Part shown: positions 1-11,200 of the stretch, in pieces | Position numbering within the stretch: the first letter of the stretch is position 1 | Layout of the letters: each line of letters begins with the position of its first letter | Source: Lingula anatina | Lineage: Eukaryota; Animalia; Brachiopoda | Assembly (NCBI GenBank): GCA_051362555.1 | Contig: CM120643.1 | Coordinates: forward strand, 26,416,848 to 26,480,847 | Reading direction: 5' to 3' | Length of the DNA: 64,000 bases | Notes under the pieces: generated by a model | What the model saw: the letters and a program-made list of their open reading frames with translations, nothing else | What the model was told of the DNA's origin: nothing | Database searches by the model: none | Made by a program: the position numbers and the translations under genes

Positions 1-140
1 GAAAAGTGGTTTCATGGGAAGCTTGAGGGTGGGCGACGTAGAGCGGAGGAGCTATTGAACGAGTACGCAGTCCTCGGCGACGGCACATTCCTAGTTCGAG
101 AAAGCGACACATTTGTCGGTGATTTTTCCCTCTCCTTTTG
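1..140 (+). CDS. PLCG1: PLC-gamma nSH2 N-half exon, variant A (5' end outside window)
   Basis: [47 protein letters not shown]; donor TG|GTAAGT at 140/141, phase 2. Confidence 0.95.
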
Positions 141-3100
141 GTAAGTCCCAGCGCCCTCGTTGTCTCCCCTTTCTTCCTAGCATGGCATGGAGTTTGACAC
201 TGTGTATTAATGTTACCCTTAGGTTAGGGAATTGCATTTTTCCGAAGAGTGGTACCATGACTATATTCGAGGAAACGGGTCACGCCAGACCGCTGAGAGC
301 CTCTTGATTCAGTGGGGACCTGCTAAAGGCGACGGAACTTTCTTGGTCCGCCATAGCAAGGAGTTTGTGGGTAGTTTTACTCTGTCGTTTTGGTATGTAT
401 AGGCGTTTGATTGCATGGTGAATTTGATGAAGTGAGTTATTTAGAAAGTTAGATGACACTTTATTGCTTGCACCATTTGGTGAGTCCGGATTTAGAGTGG
501 AATGTGTCAGTCACTGTGTGCTGCACTCTTTTTAAAGACCACTTAATATAGCTGTCTTGTATGCCGTAGTTTAATATATTGACTGAAAACTTGTTTTGTA
601 GTCCATGTATTACATTTTGTTTTGTTTTTGTTTTTAATTTTTGAAGTGCTGTGTCCACTTCACACACTGATGTATTGTTTGTTTCATGAAACACCATGTG
701 ACAAAAGAGCACAATTTAATTGTTTACTTACATATTGATATTGGTTTTTGTTTAAAGTAAAAGACTCTAATCTGCTTATTGCTTCTTGTTAGATATAATC
801 TAAGTAAGTTGCTCATGTGTACTGTGTGTGATCTTATATGAAGTAACAGTCTGAATGTAAGAATTATAACCTACAATAATCACTCATGTTTCTGAAGTCG
901 CCTATTTTAAGTTGTAAATTATAAAAAGAAATGTAGTTGCAAAAAGTTTTTGGCTCACCTGTCAGGAATAACTAACAAAAATTAATTAACCTTAAATTAT
1001 CGGCCTTGTTCAAGCTTATATTAGTGAGTTATTTTTATAATCTAGGGCTTTTGTAATCAAACAGCTGTCATCTTATGATTTATGCTTTCATAAATGAAGA
1101 ATTATGGCAAATAAAAATTATCTCTGTAACACTGTTCACTTCTAAGATTTATACTTTGTTAAGAATCTATACCTGTTAACATCAACTGATAGCTGAGCTT
1201 TAGCTTACTCCACTTAATATTATTGCTATTACCTATTTTATCAATAAATTACCTACTTACATTCTTTGCTGTGTATTTGAGGTATTTCTTGTAATTTATC
1301 TGCTTGTCTTGTATACATTAGTCTTTTTCAATATTTCCTCGAAAAAACTATGGCAGTGTTTCTCTCATTTCTCTTCATCTGATTAACACAAGATGATCAG
1401 TAAAAAGTTCACTAATAATTTCTTCCTCAGGCGTCAGGGGAAAGTGAACCACTGTCGTATCAAGTCCCGTCAAGAGCGCGGCGAGATCCGCTACTACTTG
1501 ATAGACAACGTGCTGTTTGAAAGCTTGTACAGTCTGGTCACATTCTACCGTAATAACCCCCTGCGAAGTCAGGACTTTGAAATGATCCTGGGGGACCCGG
1601 TTCCTCAGCCCCAGAGTCACAAAGGACAGAAGTAAGTTTGCTGTGTAGTATCATAGTTATTTTAATGGTGTTATTGTAATGAGGTAAATGAACCTTTCAG
1701 AGCTAGATTTTCTTGGATTAAAGAGCATTTATTAAAAATTGATTGAATTTTTTAAAAGTCAGATTAATTGTTACTTTTATAAGTTATGCCTGCTTAAGTT
1801 TAAAAATGCGTATTTTGAAAATGATTTTGATAATTGCAATTATGGTTACGTTCACGGGTAGTCATCGGAAGATGGAAAAGAAGATTTACCTGACTAATGA
1901 TGCCATGAAACTTCATAATGTGTATACGTTCTATTTTTCAGGCAGCACCATGAAGGCATTCTTTAAATTTTTTCTGTAGCATATTCTATACACCCTGTAT
2001 ATCAGAGTTTACTGAGGACTTCTATTATCAATAGACCATTGCCATCTCCAGTGACAAGAAATAAGTCACTGGAAATGGCAGATGTATGCTGATAACAGAG
2101 GTTTTACCATACTAGGATGATGTAAATCAAAGACCTTGACATCTTTTTTAAACTCGGAGAACTTTATTTGGGTTTGAACACCTTGAGGACCCTATTTGAA
2201 TTTGGCACCATGAGCCTTCCATTTATATTTTGCAGCTTGAGGGAACCATTTAAATTGGGTACCATGAGAACACTGTTTTTTTTTTTTTTTTGCATCAATG
2301 CATCATAATAAGTTTGTCTATGTTTTAGATGGTATCATGAAGGAATGGACCGCGCCATTGCAGAAGACATGTTAGCACGCATTCCTTTCGACGGAGCTTT
2401 TCTTCTCCGCCACAGTGAATTTGATTCCTCTTCTTACGCCATTTCCTTCAGGTGAAGACAGCCCCTGCACCGTGCAATGGTGCATGTGAATGTGCATTTG
2501 CCGGCATCGTAGAACATTTGCATGACCCAGTTGTCAAGAATTGACAGTTACTTTTGTTATTATTGATACACATACAGTGCATGGTGCCGTGATGATGCAT
2601 TTTTTTTTACAATTTGAATCATTTTAGTACACTGATGGTTGCTGATTTTTGGGAAAACAAAACAAAAACACAGGGGGGGGGGTCTGCAATGAATGAATGA
2701 ATTTCAAATGTGTTATTTTGGATAATTCAAAAACCTGTCCTCTTTTCAGTGTTTAGTACAACTAGATGTTAACTTGAAGCTGACCATATCCTTTCATGTG
2801 CTCATTAAAGCATCTAAGATGTTTCATGTAAGAAATATGTTTTCAAGGATTATAAAAAAAATCAGCTTTCCATAAAACTATCATGGAAATGGCCTGCTAT
2901 GAGTTGACCTAGTACTTATGTTCATTTGGCATGATGTAGGTTGACCAACGTTTGTTTTTGAGTGATGCAAAGCAGTAGAAGATGGATTTCTGTGTGCGGT
3001 GTGCGTGTGTGCATGCGTGCAAAGATGCATGCAATGTAGGAGCACCAATATACTGGAGTTTGTCTCTTTAAAAGAAGAAAAACAAGTCACATCCATCCAT

Positions 3101-6100
3101 TCTCCAAAGTGAAGGGAGCGAGATCATGTCATTTTGTGATTTGTCTTCTATTATTTTGCATGTAGTACTAACCTTTGTTGTTTCTCAGATGGTACCATGA
3201 GGCTCTGTCGCGTGAAAAAGCTGAGGACATGCTTAGTCGTATACGTTACAATGGTGCATTCCTCGTGCGCAAAAGAAATGTCGCAGGCAATGACACCGAG
3301 GCATCCCAATTTGCGATTTCATTTCGGTAAGTGGGATAAACATCCCAGATAGGTATTCCCATTATATATATATATATATATATACTAACATATATGTAGT
3401 TGTTGATGTGCAATCATTAATGTGATATTTGTAGATGGTATCATGAGAATTTAACGCGAGAACAAGCTGAAGACATGTTATGCAGAATTCCATACAACGG
3501 AGCTTATTTGGTCCGGAAGCGAGTAGAAGCATCTGACAAAGATGAGTTTCAGTATGCCATCTCGTTCAGGTAAACGATGAGAAGTTAAGTGCCATCACTC
3601 CGCAGCTTCATATCTCGCCAGCGGCCGGTTTCACAAAAAATCTTTGGACCAGAATTGGTCTCTTTGAGCCCAAATTTTTCTACCTTGCTTTGACTTTATG
3701 TAAAGCAAGTGAAATATTGTATCTTTTGTATATAAAGATGGATTATTTAAACCATAAGAGGCTTTATTTTTGAGAAATATACTACAGATATATTTTGAAC
3801 TGGCGAAGACCAACATTTTCAGCCTGAAACCAGCCCGTGGCCTAGACGCTCATTGGATTTATTATGCTGGTGTTGATTATGTTCATTTTGCTGCTGTTGT
3901 CATGCCTCGCCAGTGTGAAATAGATTGTTTCATCCAATTATTTAGCAAAAAAAAAATTACATGTTTTCGATGAATTTTTCTTCATCTTGTGCCTTTTTTT
4001 GCATTGATGTGAGACATTAAATTTCTGCTTTTTGCTTGAGTAATTTAAGAACTGCTTGTTAAAAATCTAATGAATGCAATCATTATGGAGTATTTCTCAT
4101 TAAAAAAAAACATCTCTGATTCTGTATGTGTGCCTTGTAGTATTCCAATTTTTATGAATGTTATTTTTTGGAGATAAAATAACACCTGAAATAGCTCCAC
4201 AGCCTTGGTTGCATATGTTATCTATGTAATACACCAAGCTAAGCTGACACTTACTGCATGAACGCTATAAGCTTTTTATTTGTGAACATAGAAGCTAGAT
4301 TGTTATGAGACACTGAGTAGAGATTCCCCCTGCAAGTTTGTTGTGTTGCTCATAAGCCAATTTCTCTTTGTAATGATTTTTAAATGAAATGATTCCTGTT
4401 TTTTGTACAGTTGAAAGATTAAGCATTGTGGTATTTCATTGCAATTATTGTGGAAAAATTACTGTTTGAAATGACATTTGAACACATGATTTTATTTTTG
4501 AATGACGTATCTTTGTGTTAAGTAATGGTTACCAAAATGATGTTTTTGAATAAATTGAAAATTATTAAAATCTGAAAACAATTAACAAAATAAAATAAAA
4601 TGTAAAAATGAATTAACTTGTACATAAAGAGTATAACATGCATTTCAGTCTATTTTCATTACTATTCAACTAAATGTTAATGGCTTATTTGCTCTTATAT
4701 TTGCACAGAGCTGAGGGAAAAATCAAGCATTGTCGTATCAAGTTGGAAGGTCGTCTTTTCACCATCGGCAACGCCCAGTTTGAGAGCCTTTTGGAATTGG
4801 TGCAGTATTACGAAAAGAACCCTCTCTATCGCAAGATGAGGTTAAAGTACGCTGTCAATGCTGAGCTAGTCTCACAGATAGGAATGGTAGGAAGACATGA
4901 GATTATCATTGTTATTATAGTATGACCAGTTTAAAGAGCCTTACCACCTGGAGTCATAAAGTTCAGTTTTATACAGTTTATATATGACAAAAAATAATAA
5001 AACTTTATAAGCAAGTTTTGTTGTATTGACTTTAGCCTGTGATGGAATAATATTGAAGAAAAAAGCATTTTATATTTTAATGTTATACTTAAATGCTTAA
5101 TATTATTCACTTGAATGATATGACATTCATGCTTCACTTTTTAATATTTTCTTACAGCATTGGCAATATGTGTCTGGCTTTTCATGCAGTCACCTTGGCT
5201 TTTTTTCTGTATTTTCAGATTGCCACTTTCCTTAAGTTATGAGGATAACAGGTGTGCTTGATTTAGTTTCAGGTTTTATCTTGATTTTAGCACTGTTCGG
5301 AACATGAAGACTAGTGGTGAAAATTTTCTTAAGAAATAACAAAAGAAAAGCTGCTCAGGGGCTTCTTAGGTCATCATCAAGGTTTACACTGTTTTGACAG
5401 CCAGTTTTGATGTGAAATCACCTACATACATTTAGAACATTGTAGTCATTTCTTTCTTTCTGGAAAACCTACGAGACCCTCTAAATCTGCCCTTGTTTTG
5501 ATTGCAAGAACATCTGCCGGGGTCCAATGAAATTTCAAACACTGTTCCTCTGTGTAAGCCATTTTTTAATAATTAGCTAAGCTTCTCTTGACAGGAGCCA
5601 GATGCCAATGCCATCTATGGTTCTGCAGATATCTATATGAATCCTAATGACTATATGTCTAAGGTAATAAGCCCTAGGTTTCCATAGCAACTGCTGCATG
5701 GCCCACCACCTTGGCTTATTTTTTGCTGACAGATTTTTTATTTTGGATTTTTTTCTCTAGTCTTAGATATCCAGGGTTGCTGTTCTGATCTTGCCTCTTT
5801 CTCTCTCATTTCTTTTGTTCAAGAAACACTGGCTTACAGCTTTAAAGATTTACAGAGTTCAGATATCTGTAACAAAATTAAACTGGCTCGGCCAAACAAA
5901 ACGTATACGGACACTTTTTAAACTGATGTAAAGAGAGAGAGGGGCAAGATGAACATTCCTTATCAAGCTCATGGGAGAAAAGAACAACATTTAACAAAGC
6001 AGAATTCTGAATTTTGACTGACAAGAGTTTTATTTTAAGTCCAAATTAAACTGCGATTTCCTGCTTTGTTAACATGTTTTATCTCCTTGCATAGTGAATG

Positions 6101-8201
6101 GTTTGATTACAGGGCAAGAGGCATTTTTCTTTTTCTTTGATTTTGAAATTAGCAGATTTATAGAAAAGAGCAATAAATTTGTGTTTGTTTTGATTGCCCC
6201 CCCCCCCCCCCCCCCCCCCCCATCAAATCCTATCAGTGCATGCCACAAAGTTCGTACATTTAAGCTTTTCCTTTACCAAGCAATGCCCTGGTCCCTCCCC
6301 CCCCTCCCCTCTCTGGAGGCAACACCCAAAACAACACACTTTCAGGTGAAATTTTTATTACCCCTTGGTTACAGTGGCTTTCACAGCAGAGAACACCATT
6401 CCTGAGTAATCCTCTTGATTTGCATGGCGCAAAATTACATATTGGCAATTGTAGCCCTCTTGTGATTTTTCACAGTGCATTTTTTTCCTGCATGACATTT
6501 TTTCCTTTCATTTTCCCCCCGTCCTTAGGACCCGCAAATGGAGTCCATTTACGAAGGTAACTCGTATGCTGATCCCAACGAGTTGGAGTTTATCACAAAT
6601 GTGAGTTGGTTTTGGTGCTTTTATCTCCCGAGTTTTTGTTAACGGAGAATAGGGGTGCTGTTTTCAGCTTGTATCTTTGCTTGGTTTTCCAATTTAAGAT
6701 ACACTAGACGATGTTTTTGTTATTCTTTTGCTTGATTTTGCTCTTGGGCTGATTTTAGCTGTAAATCTCAAAGTGAAAATGTGACATAAAAATGATTTTG
6801 AAGAGACTAAGGTATTTTGGTATTACATAAAGAAAGATAAGTTGTACATAAATATAAATCAAGAAATGCATACATAACATACATAGAAATGCATATCTAG
6901 TTTGAATATCAAATATTATTTATTAACAGTATCATTGGTTGAACCTAAATCTACATTATTATTCCACTGTGTTCAAGGTCAAAGTGAAGGCCCTGTACGA
7001 CTATCACGCACAGCGAGCAGATGAGCTGTCCTTCTGCAAGCATGCCATTGTCAGCAATGTCCATAAGCAAGATGGTGGATGGTAAGACTTTTGTAGATAT
7101 ATTGTTCTTTTTAAGCATTGATTTGTCATCACATTACCTGTGATTTGAAATTTTTATGGAAGAGAAACTTTGCTAAAATTACTTTTGAGTTGTATTCATC
7201 TATACACTCTAAAAATTTGTCATCAAAATGAAACAGTGCATGTCATGTACCAATACGGCCATGAAGCAAAATTTCCCCATATACATATAGAATGTTGAAC
7301 TGTTAGATTCCTGTTAAGTACAAACTTAATTTACAGCACAAAAAATGAGTAATAAATTGATTAAGATTATAATTATTCAAGACTGCCGGCCACTGAGTAC
7401 AGTGTGTCTTCTATTTGACATTCCTTCAAATTATCTCACCACCAGGTGGCGTGGTGACTATGGTGGAAATAAACAAATGTGGTTCCCATCAAATTATGTG
7501 GAAGAGTTGGAGATATCCGAGGATTCTGATTCGACGCCCCTGGGCTCACTGCAGAAGGGCATGCTGGAAGTGACCTGCTGCATTGTGGGTAAGTGCATGA
7601 CGTACAGATGAATTAAGTTAAGGGTTTGGATATATCTGGATATTTGGGTATTGTATTTATGTTCCCAAGACCCCCCACTCCCCCTCAAAGACACATGCAT
7701 CTTCAACACTTGGATTTTCCAGATTTTTTCTAAATGGTCCACTTTCATCTCTGTTTATATCGTGTTGTAGAAAAATCAGAAGTAAATTAATAGGGAAAGT
7801 GTTTGGATTTGATAGAACCTAAGGCATGCTGTATTGTCCTTGGTTTGTAAAATGTTAGAGAAAAAGAAACAGGTGAATTCTTTGACTGGTTAGCTATCCT
7901 GCAGGTTAAAGATATCACTTGACCACCTGTGCATGTTTCACAAAATGAGTTTTGGTTAAAAACAGAAATAATATTATTTAAACAATGAAGCAATACCTAA
8001 TACTGTTGACTTGCTCTTTTCAGATAAAATAGAAGGTGGCAAGGGCTCAAAGCAGTATGTATTCCGTGTGATCTCCAACGGCACGCCTCTAGAGATTGCC
8101 GCCAGCAGCGAGGAGGACATGTTGGACTGGATGAAGGCCATCAAGGATTGTGCAAATATGGCGGAACTTAGGGTATGGTGGCCCAAAAAGTGCCAGTTGG
8201 A

Positions 8202-8251
<50 letters not shown>

Positions 8252-11200
8252 ATTAGCCTACACTTTCATTTTAATATGCTAGGAACTTTAAGATATTTCA
8301 CTTGAAGTTACACTTCATCTTTGTAATTAATAGTGTAAATTTATTTATTTATTTCAGAGTAAAGAGCATGCAGACCAAGAGAGAGCTTTAAGGATTGCCA
8401 AAGAATTCTCTGACATAATAGTTTACTGTCGCTCAGTGCCTTTTAATGAAAGCAGTAAGTTATACAAGGAGACAGAAATGTACTCTAAGTTGTCAAATCT
8501 ACTTCCTAAGTCTTAGTTCTTTTGAGGAGGACAAAATACCATTATAGTCTAGTAATTATCAATTGACAGACATTTTGGATTAAAATATTTGTTTATATAT
8601 TACTGTATATATATATAACCTCAAACTTTAAAAACCTTTAATACAATGGAAAATTACTGACATCCACACAGAGAGAGAGAGAGAGATAGAGAATCCAGGT
8701 GTTGGAGAGATAGACCCTTACTAACACACCTAGAGATGTTGACCTATGGATACCTAATAATACAATGCCACCATTTTGTGATATACATTACCCATCATGT
8801 TCTCTCTCTCCCACAGATGTCCCAGGGAACTACTATGATATACATTACCCATCATGTTCTCTCTCTCTCCCACTCAGATATCCCTGGGAACTACTATGAT
8901 ATACATTACCCATCATGTTCTCTCTCTCTCTCCCACAGATATCCCAGGGAACTACTATGATATACATTACCCATCATGTTCTCTCTCTCTCCCACTCAGA
9001 TATCCCTGGGAACTACTATGATATACATTACCCATCATGTTCTCTCTCTCCCACTCAGATATCCCAGGGAACTACTATGATATACATTACCCATCATGTT
9101 CTCTCTCTCTCAGATATCCCAGGGAACTACTATGATATACATTACCCATCATGTTCTCTCTCTCCCACTCAGATATCCCTGGGAACTTTTGTGATATACA
9201 TTACCCATCATGTTCTCTCTCACTCAGATATCCCAGGGAACTACTATGATATACATTACCCATCATGTTCTCTCTCTCTCAGATATCCAAGGGAACTACT
9301 ATGATATACATTACCCATCATGTTCTCTCTCTCTCAGATATCCCAGGGAACTACTATGATATACATTACCCATCATGTTCTCTCTTACTCAGATATCCCA
9401 GGGAACTACTATGATATACATTACCCATCATGTTCTCTCTCTCCCACAGATATCCAAGGGAACTACTATGATATACATTACCCATCATGTTCTCTCTCTC
9501 CCACAGATATCCAAGGGAACTACTATGATATACATTACCCATCATGTTCTCTCTCTCCCACAGATATCCCAGGGAACTACTATGAAATGTCCAGCTTCTC
9601 AGAGACCAAAGTGGAAAAATATGTGAACAAACTGAAGGGCCAGACCTTCATGAAGTATAACCAAAACCAGCTGAGCAGGATTTACCCCAAAGGTCAAAGA
9701 ATCGACTCTTCCAATTATGACCCCACCATGCTGTGGATATGTGGGTCACAGATGTGTGCCCTAAACTACCAGACACCAGGTGAGTTCATTGCTTGGGGAG
9801 GGGGGAAGAGTTGGTGTCAGAGAGAAGGGAGCAGGATATTGGGCTCCGTAAGGGATACTGTTCTCAGAGTGGGGAAGGGGTGCCAAGGAGGGAGTTACTG
9901 TTCATGTGATCATAATTTTTAGTGGAAGTACATAATTATCAGTCACCAAATGGGTTAGATTGTTGGTCTCCAAGTTGGGGATTCAGCAGAGTTGAACATT
10001 GGGGATGGTTGGGGATTGCTTTTAATTTTCAAAATATTTTGAGGCAGCCAGTCCATTGCCATCAAACGTGGCAGACATTACATGTTTTTTTCTTTAACTT
10101 GTAAACTTCAGTTGATGCACACTATGCTTTTACGTATTTCTAATCTCATTTATCCCCTTGTAGATCGTTCTATGCAGCTGAATGAGGGGAAATTCAAACA
10201 GAATGGAAAGTAAGTACAACAATCTTTTATTTATTTATTTATTTTTCATTTTTTTCCCTGTATTAGCAATAATCATGAAGTAGACATAGGTGTTACAAAA
10301 TGGTTGAGGAATGTGGCATTGGGAATGAAGCTCTGTTGTCATTAAGTGTATATAAGTTAGAGGTGTAGATATCTATAAATATTAAATATATTTATTGGCC
10401 TGTTCATCGGTGTAATTGTTTGTAACAGGATATTTAAGTTTATTAAAATATTGAAATATATTCAAATATTAAAAATTAATGGCTTAACAGGTTTTTCCAC
10501 ATGCTAAAATATCATAATGTAACAACAAAGGTGAAAGGACTGTTTATCGGGTTGCTTTGTGATGATGCACAACAGTTCAGTTATATTTATGAGATGTATT
10601 TTTTTTTTTTTTAATTTTTCTAGTCTAGTGGTTATACTCCAAGTTTTCTCTTCTTTTTTAAGGTGTGGTTACATTCTCCAGCCAGAAATCATGCGACACA
10701 TCGACTACGACCCGTTTGACAAACGGACACTTGTCAATGTAGATCCCCTCACAGTAACTCTAACAGTATGTTAACGTTTACAACTGATATTTTAAAATAT
10801 CAAACTTTGTTACATTGAGTAAATTGGTATTTATGACCAATTCTTTTTTAGGCTATTTACAGTAACTGTTGACTTCATCAAATCATAGAAGTTATGTTCA
10901 CTGTTGTAAGATAAAAGGATGGTCTTGAAAGGATTATGATAGTGGGTTTGTTTCAGTTTTTAAAGTTTTGGGTAACATTGGAGTTTAAAACATAAGAGAA
11001 AAAGAGATCACTTTACTTGAGATTACTGGTCTTAGTGAACCCTGTATCTGTCTTGAAGCACTGTAATAATAATTTTGTAAAGTAACTCTCTGTGGAAACC
11101 AGCTTTAAGATACATATTTTTAATATTTTGTGATTTATTTACTAATTTATGTACTAAATTTTCAGATCATAGGAGCCCGTCACTTAGTCAAATCTGGCCG

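Larger units (their letters stand above)
412..7599 (+). promoter_or_regulatory. Cluster of intronic TGCATG (Rbfox-type) splicing elements
   Basis: TGCATG read at 412, 2481, 2519, 2578, 3010, 3026, 3157, 4255, 5695, 6237, 6421, 6489, 7237 and 7594, mostly flanking the duplicated exons. The motif is seen directly; its function is inferred. Confidence 0.6.

Noticed and set aside
2155-2275. GG(T/C)ACCATGAG repeats resembling the start of a fourth cSH2 exon
   Set aside because: Similarity is about 11 nt, with no adjacent acceptor and no SH2-like frame behind it; it looks like a small local duplication.
2329-3569. Extra complete SH2 domains, or an assembly duplication
   Set aside because: Only the N-half exon is repeated and the C-half exon is single. 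The copies are far too diverged, with unrelated flanking introns, to be haplotype or assembly duplicates.
8736-9626. Repetitive ORFs ([18 protein letters not shown] / [16 protein letters not shown]) as an independent gene
   Set aside because: They are translations of the intronic minisatellite; only the part from 9564 on is PLC-gamma coding.
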